Of a DNA stretch of 44,321 nt, positions 9,728 to 17,915 are shown piece by piece (the first letter of the stretch is position 1; each line of letters opens with the position of its first letter). This DNA comes from Bacteroidota bacterium (lineage in GTDB: Bacteria; Bacteroidota; Bacteroidia; Bacteroidales; FEN-979): positions 1 through 44,321 of the forward strand of contig JAPLDN010000273.1 in assembly GCA_026391755.1 (NCBI GenBank), given 5' to 3'. Below the pieces are notes generated by a model, which saw only the letters and a list, made by a program, of their open reading frames with translations, was not told where the DNA came from and searched no databases. Position numbers and translations under genes: made by a program.

Positions 9728-10552
9728 ATGAAAACAACGAGAATCTTCACCTTAAGCCTTGCTCTTGTCCTGCTTGCTTTCTTCGGACTGACATCCTGCC
9801 AGAAATCAAAAAGCTCTGTCGATAATCCAAACACAAGTTCTATCCAGAACCTTGCCAATGATGACAACCAGGCAAATGCCGCATCAGACGAAGCCCTTAA
9901 CGATATCAACACTGTACTCTCAGGTAACGGCGGACTGAAATCTACGGAAGGCCTGCCCTGCCATGCAACTGTCGATTCCATGTCCATTGCAATTGACACC
10001 ATGACCTATTACATAACATACAACGGAGCCAACTGCAGGGGGAATCTCATCCGTACAGGACAGATTGAGATCAGCAAACATGTGGGCACGAAGTGGTGGC
10101 AAGCCGGAGCAGCCATAACTTATAAATACATCAATTTCCATGTCACCCATGTTAAATCAGGAAAATCCATTACCCTCAACGGCCGTAAGACCTTAGTGAA
10201 TGTAAGTGGAGGACTAATCTTCATGATCCCGCAGTTCAGGACTTTTGTTACAACTAAAGACTCAGGATATATGAATGTGATTTTTAGTGACAGTACCTCA
10301 AAATTCTGGAATGTACGCCGCCAGATCACCTACACAAAGGTTAACACGAATTTAGTTTCGACTGTCGACGGTTTTGGTTCTGCCGACGGTTATGACAACC
10401 TGGTCCTTTGGGGAATCAACAGGAACAGCGAACAATTCTACATCCAGATCCTACAGTCGGTTGTTCACAGGCAGGTCGCCTGCCCGGTCAAATACAAAGT
10501 CGACTGGTACAAGAACGGCAACAGCGGAACTCTATATTTGTTCCTCCCCTAA
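9728..10552 (+). CDS. Hypothetical lipoprotein
   Basis: 274 aa with the lipobox LTSC and a low-complexity linker. I recognise no motif. It is followed by a strong terminator. Confidence 0.6.
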   Translation: MKTTRIFTLSLALVLLAFFGLTSCQKSKSSVDNPNTSSIQNLANDDNQANAASDEALNDINTVLSGNGGLKSTEGLPCHATVDSMSIAIDTMTYYITYNGANCRGNLIRTGQIEISKHVGTKWWQAGAAITYKYINFHVTHVKSGKSITLNGRKTLVNVSGGLIFMIPQFRTFVTTKDSGYMNVIFSDSTSKFWNVRRQITYTKVNTNLVSTVDGFGSADGYDNLVLWGINRNSEQFYIQILQSVVHRQVACPVKYKVDWYKNGNSGTLYLFLP

Positions 10553-10576
10553 ACTGAATATTACCTGATTCATAAG

Positions 10577-10606
10577 GCCGGGCCGTGAAAACGCCCGGCT
10601 TTTTTT
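10577..10606 (+). terminator. Rho-independent terminator
   Basis: Perfect stem GCCGGGC (10577-10583) / GCCCGGC (10593-10599), followed by T7 (10600-10606). It sits between convergent genes. Confidence 0.75.
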
Positions 10607-10611
10607 ATCCT

Positions 10612-11637
10612 CTAGTATATCATGACTTCCGGAGGGGTTACGGATGAAACAGTCCCCCTGAACATCGCGTTTGAACTGAATGGCGTGGCGATGTTCCCGT
10701 CTTTGTCAAGGGCAATAAGCCCGCCTTCTCCCCCTTTTGCTTTCAGGATATCGAAGATCACAAAATCAGCGGCTTCCTTTAATGGTTTGTTCGCGTAAAG
10801 CATCTGTGCAGAAACTGAATACGCCGCGGAGTTCCTGATGAAAAACTCACCATGCCCCGTGCAGGAAACAGCGCAGGAATTATTGTCGGCATACGTACCG
10901 GCTCCGATAATCGGGCTGTCACCCACCCTGCCGCTCATTTTCATCATCATCCCCCCGGTGGATGTGCCGGCTGAAAGGTTTCCGTAAGAATCCAGTGCGA
11001 CACAGCCAACAGTACCTTTTTTTTCTTTATCGGCGGATGTGGGAGAGGGTTGTTCAGGCCGGGTTTTCTGTTTAGCCGCTTTCCAGGCTTCAAGCCTCTC
11101 GGGCGTAATAAAATACGAAGGGTCAACGATCTCAAGGCCTTTTGCTTTGGCAAAGTCATCGGCGCCTTTTCCTATCAGCAGCACATGCTGGGTTTTTTCC
11201 ATCACAGCCCTTGCCGCGCTGATCGGGTTTTTAACCATCGTCACGCAGGCAACGGCTCCTGCCTGTCCCGTCTTTCCATCCATGATGGAAGCATCCAGCT
11301 CGGCTTTGCCGTCTTCGTTAAGGACAGCTCCCTTTCCTGCATTAAACAAAGGGCAATTCTCCATGAACCTGATCACGGTTTCAACAGCATCAAGGCTGTT
11401 TCCTCCCGAGGACAACACCCCTGCCCCAATCTGTAAGGCTTTATTAAGGGAATCGGTGTATTGCTTCTCTTTCTCCGGTTTCATTGTACCTTTTGCCGGA
11501 CCGCCGGCACCGCCATGGATCACAAGGACCCAGCGCTTGTCGACCGGATTGGCTGTAACAGCGGTTGCAGGTGTGACCTGGGCAAACAGCCATCCGCCCG
11601 CCAGGAAGAAAGCCAGAAGGAATAGTATCGTTCTCAT
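10612..11637 (-). CDS. Isoaspartyl peptidase / L-asparaginase (Ntn hydrolase), secreted
   Basis: 341 aa with a signal peptide, the motif HGGAG, and the autoprocessing site ..KKGTVGCVALD.. carrying the Thr nucleophile. Confidence 0.85.
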   Translation of the reverse strand: MRTILFLLAFFLAGGWLFAQVTPATAVTANPVDKRWVLVIHGGAGGPAKGTMKPEKEKQYTDSLNKALQIGAGVLSSGGNSLDAVETVIRFMENCPLFNAGKGAVLNEDGKAELDASIMDGKTGQAGAVACVTMVKNPISAARAVMEKTQHVLLIGKGADDFAKAKGLEIVDPSYFITPERLEAWKAAKQKTRPEQPSPTSADKEKKGTVGCVALDSYGNLSAGTSTGGMMMKMSGRVGDSPIIGAGTYADNNSCAVSCTGHGEFFIRNSAAYSVSAQMLYANKPLKEAADFVIFDILKAKGGEGGLIALDKDGNIATPFSSNAMFRGTVSSVTPPEVMIY

Positions 11638-11649
11638 AGGTTTTCAGTT

Positions 11650-12432
11650 TTATAAAATACTTTTCAGAAGATGTGTAAAGTTGATCAGTCCGCTGATCTG
11701 TAATACTGTCAGGATAATCGAAAGGATGATGACCGCCCTGATAAAACCGGCTCCTTTTTTAACTGCAAAATATGAGGCGATGAGAGCCCCTATCACGCTT
11801 CCGGCGCTCAGCAGGAGGCCATACATGTAATGAACCTGTCCGTTGATCACAAAGACGGCCAATGCGAAGATGGCATAAAAAAATACGATGAGATTTTTCA
11901 CCGCATTGGCCTTTACCAGGTCGTAACCCGTTCCCAGGACCAGGGCCATCAGCAGGAAATATCCTACGCCTACCTGGATGAATCCACCGTAAAATCCTAC
12001 GACGAAGAAGATCGCAAACTGCCACCACCTGAGTCTGCGTTGCAGGAGGGCGGGGTTTTCCTTAAGCCAGCGGTCGGGTTTATAGAACAGGAAAAAAGCC
12101 ATCAGTATCATCGCAAGTATCATCGCGATCTCTATTACTTTCCCGTTAACATCAACAGCAAGAACGGCTCCCAATACCGATCCGATTGTTGCAGGGATGC
12201 CAAGCCAGACGGGCCTGAGGTCGGTGAACATTTTTTGTTTGGTGAAGCTGCTCACCGATGAAAGCGTTTGGAAGAAAATGCTGATGCGGTTGGTGCCATT
12301 GGCTATTCCTGCAGGCAATCCAAGGATAACCAGCAGGGAAAGGCTGATCACCGACCCTCCGCCCGAAAGGGTGTTGATGAATCCAACAAAGATTCCGGCG
12401 ACGATAATGACGATGATTTCGGTGAAGGACAT
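11650..12432 (-). CDS. TauE/SafE-family sulfite/anion exporter (DUF81)
   Basis: 260 aa with about 8 TM helices, a two-fold internal repeat, and the G-rich motifs GGGSVISL and GAGFI. Confidence 0.8.
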   Translation of the reverse strand: MSFTEIIVIIVAGIFVGFINTLSGGGSVISLSLLVILGLPAGIANGTNRISIFFQTLSSVSSFTKQKMFTDLRPVWLGIPATIGSVLGAVLAVDVNGKVIEIAMILAMILMAFFLFYKPDRWLKENPALLQRRLRWWQFAIFFVVGFYGGFIQVGVGYFLLMALVLGTGYDLVKANAVKNLIVFFYAIFALAVFVINGQVHYMYGLLLSAGSVIGALIASYFAVKKGAGFIRAVIILSIILTVLQISGLINFTHLLKSIL

Positions 12433-12459
12433 AGGCGTGGTCGATTTACAATTTATATT

Positions 12460-12529
12460 TCTTGGCTCTTGGCTCTTGGCTCATGACTCATGGCTCTTGG
12501 CTCTTGGTTTATGGTTTATGGCTCATGGT
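12460..12529. repeat. Heptamer tandem array, 10 units of TCWTGGY (tcttggc x3, tcatgac, tcatggc, tcttggc, tcttggt, ttatggt, ttatggc, tcatggt)
   Basis: Read directly from the sequence. It contains the permease stop codon (12509-12511) and ends 28 nt upstream of the TauE start. Confidence 0.85.
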
Positions 12530-14431
12530 TTCCGGGTGTCTGAGATGGCTGTGTTTACGGGAATACAGGATGTAGATCGTCATCCCTATGAGCAGCCATA
12601 CCAGGAAACGCATCCAGTTGGTAAAGCCGAGGTGGACCATAAGGAAGAGGCTGGAGAGAAGACCCAATAAAGGGATCAGTGAAAGCTTTTTTATAACGGC
12701 CATCAGGGTAAGGACGACAGCCGCCACAATGAAAATGAATAAGGGCAGGTCGTCCCGGTCAAAAGTGAAGTTAAACAGCCTGCCCAGGTCATTCAGTTCA
12801 GGAGGGTTACAGAAGTACAGGACCACAGCAACCCCGGCCCAGACGAGAGGGAGGGCGTAGCGGGAGTTGATGTATGGAACATGGAAGCCTTTGGTGGTGA
12901 CCTCGGATGCCGGATGTCGGATGTCGTATGTCGGATGCGGGATCTGGGATGCGGGATCCGGGATGCGGGATCCGGGATCCGGGATGCGGGATTCGGGATC
13001 TCTTTCATCCTGCATCTTGTATCCTGCATCCGATTCATCCTTTTCATCCCCGGAGTAACGAATAGTGCGGGCAAACTGGCCATCCCGGTCTCTTCTTCCC
13101 CTGGGGTTAAGAATAAGCACTCCTCCGCTGACGAGCACAAATGCAAACAACGTGCCTATACTCGTGAGATCGGTGACTTCGGTGAAGTTAATGAACAGGG
13201 AAGGGATGGCGACAAAGAGCCCTGCAACCACGGTTGCAAAAGCGGGAGTGCGGAATTTAGGGTGTATTTTCGAGAAGGCCTTTGGGAGAAGTCCGTCCCG
13301 GCTCATGCTCATCCAGATGCGGGGCTGGCCTACCTGGAATACCAGGATCACGCTGGCCATGGCGATGATGGCAGCCAGGGAGATAAATCCTGCAAACTTA
13401 CCCATATGAATGCGTTCGAACACATAGGCCAGGGGATCGCCAACACCCAGTTCAGAATAGTTCACCATCCCGGTAAGGACCAGGCTGATCAGTACGTATA
13501 AGATTGTTGTAATGATGAGGGAGTAAATAATAGCCCTTGGCAGGTCCCGCCTTGTATTCCTGCATTCTTCGGCTGTAGTCGAAATGGCGTCGAAGCCGAT
13601 ATAGGCAAAGAAGACGCCCGATACACCTTTGAGCACCCCGGTAAGTCCATGTGGAGAAAAGGGAGTCCAGTTTCCGGGTTTTATGTAAAATGATCCCACC
13701 CCTATAATGAGCAGCAGGACCACTACTTTAAGGATGACCATTGAATTCCCGGCAACCTTGGTTTCATATATCCCCACATAGACCAGCATCGAAATAAGCG
13801 CGACTATTGCAAATGCAGGGATATTGGCGATCAGGTGCACCCCTCCCAGCACTGGGGAATTTACCCAGGCCAGGTAGGATTTCTGGATTACGGGTGCCAG
13901 CTGGGCCAGGCTGCTGCCGTGGGCAATGGCTGCACTTCCGTCAAAATACCCTCTGAGGGCTGTAACGTAATCGGTAGAGATATATTCAGGTATATGGAGC
14001 CCCATCCCGCTCATCAGTCCGCAGAAATAATCAGACCAGGAAATAGCTACCGCGATATTCCCTATGGCATATTCAATGATAAGGTCCCAGCCAATGATCC
14101 AGGCGAACAGCTCGCCGAAGCTCGCATAGGCATAGGTGTATGCGCTGCCGCTCAGCGGGATCACCGATGCAAATTCAGCATAGCATAAAGCTGAAAAACC
14201 GCATGCTATTGCAGTGAAAATAAACAGAAGGGCAACGGCCGGCCCGCCTGATGCCGCCGCGCTGCCGATAGTCGCAAAAATTCCGGAACCTACAATGGCT
14301 GCAATACCTAATGCTGTGAGGTCAAATACCGTGAGACTGCGCCTGAGCCCTCCCGAATCGCGCTCATACCCGGCAGCATCGTTAAGGATCAGTCCTATAG
14401 GTTTCTTTCTGAAAAGGTCGGAAAAAGACAA
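12509..14431 (-). CDS. APC-superfamily amino-acid permease (CAT-like, with an AA_permease_C-type tail) carrying a repeat-encoded hydrophilic insert
   Basis: 640 aa. It has a 12-TM core (..GIAAIVGSGIFATIG.., ..FAYIGFDAISTTAEE..) and a C-terminal TM pair (..TNWMRFLVWLLIGMTIYILYSRKHS). The insert is encoded by the heptamer array at 12904-13050. The last ~7 codons lie in array 12460-12529. Confidence 0.8.
   Translation of the reverse strand: MSFSDLFRKKPIGLILNDAAGYERDSGGLRRSLTVFDLTALGIAAIVGSGIFATIGSAAASGGPAVALLFIFTAIACGFSALCYAEFASVIPLSGSAYTYAYASFGELFAWIIGWDLIIEYAIGNIAVAISWSDYFCGLMSGMGLHIPEYISTDYVTALRGYFDGSAAIAHGSSLAQLAPVIQKSYLAWVNSPVLGGVHLIANIPAFAIVALISMLVYVGIYETKVAGNSMVILKVVVLLLIIGVGSFYIKPGNWTPFSPHGLTGVLKGVSGVFFAYIGFDAISTTAEECRNTRRDLPRAIIYSLIITTILYVLISLVLTGMVNYSELGVGDPLAYVFERIHMGKFAGFISLAAIIAMASVILVFQVGQPRIWMSMSRDGLLPKAFSKIHPKFRTPAFATVVAGLFVAIPSLFINFTEVTDLTSIGTLFAFVLVSGGVLILNPRGRRDRDGQFARTIRYSGDEKDESDAGYKMQDERDPESRIPDPGSRIPDPASQIPHPTYDIRHPASEVTTKGFHVPYINSRYALPLVWAGVAVVLYFCNPPELNDLGRLFNFTFDRDDLPLFIFIVAAVVLTLMAVIKKLSLIPLLGLLSSLFLMVHLGFTNWMRFLVWLLIGMTIYILYSRKHSHLRHPETMSHKP
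12904..13050. repeat. Heptamer array inside a CDS: 14 forward units SGGATNY (12904-13001) plus about 6 inverted units (CATCCTG-type, 13005-13050)
   Basis: The units read cggatgc cggatgt cggatgt cgtatgt cggatgc gggatct gggatgc gggatcc gggatgc gggatcc gggatcc gggatgc gggattc gggatct, then tcatcctgcatcttgtatcctgcatccgattcatcc. Nine GGG tracts with 4-nt spacers lie at 12939-12997. Confidence 0.9.
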
Positions 14432-14529
14432 GCTGAATTTTTGATAAAAATAGAAAGATTTTCAATTGCCGGAGCCCGGGGGCCAGAGTTTCTTCCCCGG
14501 CAGCCATTAAATTTTAGTAACTTTGCCGG

Positions 14530-15147
14530 ATGAAGATAGCAATATTTGGTGCAAGCGGGAGGACCGGGCTTTTGCTGACGTTCCAGGCCCTGAACCAGGG
14601 GCATGAGGTAACGGCATACACGCGCAGGGCCAATAAGGTCACTATTATCCACAAAAACATCAGGATAATCGAAGGAGAACCTGGAGATTATAAAAAGATA
14701 AAGGAGGCAGTTCAGGGCCAGGATGTGGTAATGTGCACCCTCGGTATAGATAAAAACAAACCAAACACTGTTCTTTCAGATGCAACAAGGCTGATCTTGC
14801 AGGCAATGGAAGAATGCGGGGTGAAACGATTCATCTGCATGTCGTCGGCCGGCGTGCTTGGCAATGACGCCGGGTTCTGGTTCGGGAAGATCATCAAGCC
14901 CCTTTTTCTGAAGCATGTGTTTATTGATAAGAAACGCCAGCTTGAGGTTGTAAAACAAAGTAAAGCCGAATGGGTGATCATAAGGCCTGTCGGGCTTACC
15001 GATTCGCCCAAGACCGGGCGTTATCAGGTCAATGAGGGTCTGCCCACTTCGAGATCAATTCCCCGTGCTGATGTTGCCGATTTCATGCTGAAACTGATGA
15101 CCGACAAGAAATACGATTTAAAGATGCCGGCCATCTCAAGCAGTTAA
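14530..15147 (+). CDS. NAD(P)H-binding protein (atypical SDR / flavin-reductase-like)
   Basis: 205 aa with the N-terminal Rossmann motif KIAIFGASGRTG. Confidence 0.75.
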   Translation: MKIAIFGASGRTGLLLTFQALNQGHEVTAYTRRANKVTIIHKNIRIIEGEPGDYKKIKEAVQGQDVVMCTLGIDKNKPNTVLSDATRLILQAMEECGVKRFICMSSAGVLGNDAGFWFGKIIKPLFLKHVFIDKKRQLEVVKQSKAEWVIIRPVGLTDSPKTGRYQVNEGLPTSRSIPRADVADFMLKLMTDKKYDLKMPAISSS

Positions 15148-15181
15148 ATCATTATTGTAAATTCAACGTAATCATATAATT

Positions 15182-15592
15182 ATGAAATCAGTATTGCTTC
15201 TTTACTGGGCCCCGAGGGTGCTTGCGATGACTGCCATCCTGTTTGTAAGCATATTTTCACTGGATGCTTTCCATGCAGGATTGCCTTTAAAAACACAGAT
15301 CCTTGACTGGCTGATGCATATGATCCCTTCGTTTGTGCTGATCATCCTGCTCGTCATTGCCTGGAAATGGGAAAATATAGGTGGTATTATTTTTCTTTCT
15401 CTTGGCCTTGCATTCTCGCCCTATGTTTTTTGGGGGAATTATACGATGAACCATTCGGTCTGGATGAGTTTTTTCATCATTCTCACCATTACTTTCCCGT
15501 TTATCCTGGTAGGTGCTTTGTTCATACTGAGCCATCATACCCGGAAAAAAGGTAATCGTTTTACCTCTTTTACAATTCCTTCCGCATCGTAA
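15182..15592 (+). CDS. Hypothetical integral membrane protein
   Basis: 136 aa with 4 predicted TM helices. Its 3-prime end overlaps the convergent dxs 3-prime end by 58 nt, so the true C-terminus is uncertain. Confidence 0.5.
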   Translation: MKSVLLLYWAPRVLAMTAILFVSIFSLDAFHAGLPLKTQILDWLMHMIPSFVLIILLVIAWKWENIGGIIFLSLGLAFSPYVFWGNYTMNHSVWMSFFIILTITFPFILVGALFILSHHTRKKGNRFTSFTIPSAS

Positions 15593-17442
15593 CCGCATTC
15601 GTGGTGAAGTTCTTCATTCTTTCCCTGTTCAATGAATTTGTCGGGAATCCCCAGGCGTTTAACCCTGGCTACGTAACTGTGATCGCTCATGAATTCCAGG
15701 ATCGAACTGCCGAACCCGCCTAAAACAGTGCCGTCTTCGACAGTGATAATACGTTTGAAGTTTTTGAAGACTTCATGAAGGAGTTCTTCATCTAGGGGCT
15801 TAACATATGGGAAATGGTAGTGGGCGGGCTGCAGATCTTGTTTATCAAGTTCAATGCAGGCTTCTTTAACGAAGTTGCCCGGGTGTCCTGTGCTGAGAAT
15901 GGCAATATCTTTCCCTTCCCTGATTTTTAGTCCTCTGCCAACAGGCATCTCTTTCATCAGGGTTTTCCATTGAGGCATTACTCCCCTTCCCTTGGGATAA
16001 CGGATTGCAAACGGACCTTTTCCGGGAAGCTGGGCGGTAAACATAAGGTTCCTGAGTTCCTCTTCATTCATCGGAGCCGCAACAGTCATGTTGGGGATGC
16101 AGCGGAGGTAAGCGAGGTCATAAGCTCCATGGTGTGTGGCTCCATCTTCACCAACAAGTCCGCCCCTGTCGAGGCAGAATACCACCTGCAGGTTTTGCAA
16201 AGCCACATCATGGATGATCTGGTCATAAGCCCTCTGCAGGAAAGTCGAATAGATATTGCAAAAAGGGATCATTCCCGATGATGCCATGCCGGCGCTGAAG
16301 GTCACTGCATGCTGTTCGGCTATGCCGACGTCGAAAGTCCTGTCAGGCATCTTATTCATCATCAGGTTCAGCGAACAGCCTGTGGCCATGGCCGGGGTTA
16401 TACCGACAATCTTAGGATTCTGTTCGGCCAGTTCGATAATGGTGCGACCAAAAACAGTCTGGTATTTTGGTGCCAGGCCATGGCATTTGTCTTCCTTGAT
16501 CTTTCCCGTTTCTTTGTCGAAAACACCAGGGGCATGGTAGACGGTCTGGTCCTGTTCGGCCTTTTCGAATCCTTTTCCCTTGACGGTATGAACATGGAGA
16601 AGTTTAGGGCCTTTGATCTCCTTGATGTCCTTTAACAGGTTCACAAGACGGACGATATCATTTCCGTCAACCAGTCCGAAATACCTGAAGTTAAAGGCTT
16701 CAAACAATCCGCTGGGTTTAAGCAGGGTGCCTTTGAGGGCGTTGCCCAGCTGTTTCACAATAGCCCTTGAGTTCTTCCCGTAACGGGTCCCCCCTCCCAT
16801 CATCAGCCAGACGCTGTCGCGGAACTTATTATACGTTTTGGAAGTGACAATATCCGCCAGGTAATCTTTTATGGCACCAACATTTTTATCAATAGCTATC
16901 TGGTTGTCGTTGAGGATCACCAGGAGGTTTGCATTCGAAACGCCGGCATTGTTCAGCGCTTCCATAGCCATGCCGCCCGTCATTGCCCCGTCGCCGATGA
17001 TGGCAACATGGTGGCGGCCGGTCTCGCCCCGGAGCCTGGAAGCCACGCCCATTCCGAGGGCGGCAGAAATACTGGTCGATGAATGGCCTGTGCCGAAAGC
17101 GTCGTATTCGCTTTCCGACATCTTTGGGAACCCGCTTATACCGTGGAATGAACGCAAGGTATGGAAGGATTCTTTACGGCCGGTAAGGATCTTATGAGCA
17201 TAGGCCTGGTGGCCAACATCAAAGATAATTTTATCGTTCGGGGTGTCGAAAACGTAATGCACGGCAACTGAAAGTTCAACCGCGCCAAGGCTTGCACCAA
17301 GATGGCCGGGGTTGAGCGAAATCACATCGATGATAAACTGCCTGATCTCGGCGCAAAGCTGGGGCAGCTGATCGACCCTGAGTTTCCTCAGGTCTTCAGG
17401 GCTGCTGATGTTCGCGAGTAAGGGACCGACAGCTGGTGTCAT
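15535..17442 (-). CDS. dxs: 1-deoxy-D-xylulose-5-phosphate synthase
   Basis: 635 aa with the motifs GHLGASLG, the ThDP motif GDGAMTGGMAMEALNNAG, and the transketolase-like Pyr and C-terminal domains. Confidence 0.95.
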   Translation of the reverse strand: MTPAVGPLLANISSPEDLRKLRVDQLPQLCAEIRQFIIDVISLNPGHLGASLGAVELSVAVHYVFDTPNDKIIFDVGHQAYAHKILTGRKESFHTLRSFHGISGFPKMSESEYDAFGTGHSSTSISAALGMGVASRLRGETGRHHVAIIGDGAMTGGMAMEALNNAGVSNANLLVILNDNQIAIDKNVGAIKDYLADIVTSKTYNKFRDSVWLMMGGGTRYGKNSRAIVKQLGNALKGTLLKPSGLFEAFNFRYFGLVDGNDIVRLVNLLKDIKEIKGPKLLHVHTVKGKGFEKAEQDQTVYHAPGVFDKETGKIKEDKCHGLAPKYQTVFGRTIIELAEQNPKIVGITPAMATGCSLNLMMNKMPDRTFDVGIAEQHAVTFSAGMASSGMIPFCNIYSTFLQRAYDQIIHDVALQNLQVVFCLDRGGLVGEDGATHHGAYDLAYLRCIPNMTVAAPMNEEELRNLMFTAQLPGKGPFAIRYPKGRGVMPQWKTLMKEMPVGRGLKIREGKDIAILSTGHPGNFVKEACIELDKQDLQPAHYHFPYVKPLDEELLHEVFKNFKRIITVEDGTVLGGFGSSILEFMSDHSYVARVKRLGIPDKFIEQGKNEELHHECGYDAEGIVKEVKRLPFFRV

Positions 17443-17499
17443 TGGTACATTGAAATTGCGGGTGCAAAGGTATGAAAAAAGATCGTGAGGAAGGACGTT

Positions 17500-17829
17500 T
17501 CAGATCAGCCCCAGTTCCACCTTCGCTTCCTCGGAGAGGTTCGCCATATCCCATGGCGGCTCGAAAGTAAGCTCGACTATTACTTTGCCGACCCCTTCGA
17601 CCCGGCTGACTTCTTCCTGTACCATGCCTGGCATGTCTTCGGCGATAGGACAGTTAGGGGTGGTAAGCGTCATCAGGATCTCTACATTGTGGTCAATATC
17701 GATCTTCAAATTATAAATCAGTCCCAGATCATAGATATTGATTGGGATCTCAGGGTCAAAAACCCTTCTCAGGGCATCGATAACAGATTGTTCGAAAGGG
17801 TTATATGGTATGGTATCCGGGGTCTCCAT
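17500..17829 (-). CDS. DUF59 / MIP18-family Fe-S cluster assembly protein (SufT-like)
   Basis: 109 aa with the motifs DPEIPINIYDLGLIY and TLTTPNCP. Confidence 0.8.
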   Translation of the reverse strand: METPDTIPYNPFEQSVIDALRRVFDPEIPINIYDLGLIYNLKIDIDHNVEILMTLTTPNCPIAEDMPGMVQEEVSRVEGVGKVIVELTFEPPWDMANLSEEAKVELGLI

Positions 17830-17915
17830 AAAAATGCAAATTTAAGGGCAAAGGTAGGGAAAATCGGGAAGGCATTGAAAACCAAGTCAGGGAATTGAGA
17901 TACCTTTGTGGTTGG

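Noticed and set aside
11039-11830. Long antisense ORFs, including this 263-aa one. Others are 12881-13501 (+), 22567-23154 (+), 29892-30563 (-), 34591-35232 (+) and 39435-40136 (+).
   Set aside because: Each lies fully inside, and opposite to, a CDS with strong family motifs. Their translations are low-complexity or Pro/Arg/Ser-rich with no motifs, which is typical of shadow ORFs.
12904-13001. CRISPR array, considered because of the many short direct repeats here and at the other eight arrays.
   Set aside because: The units are only 7-8 nt and directly abut each other with no unique spacers. There are no cas genes or leader, so these are microsatellite-like arrays.
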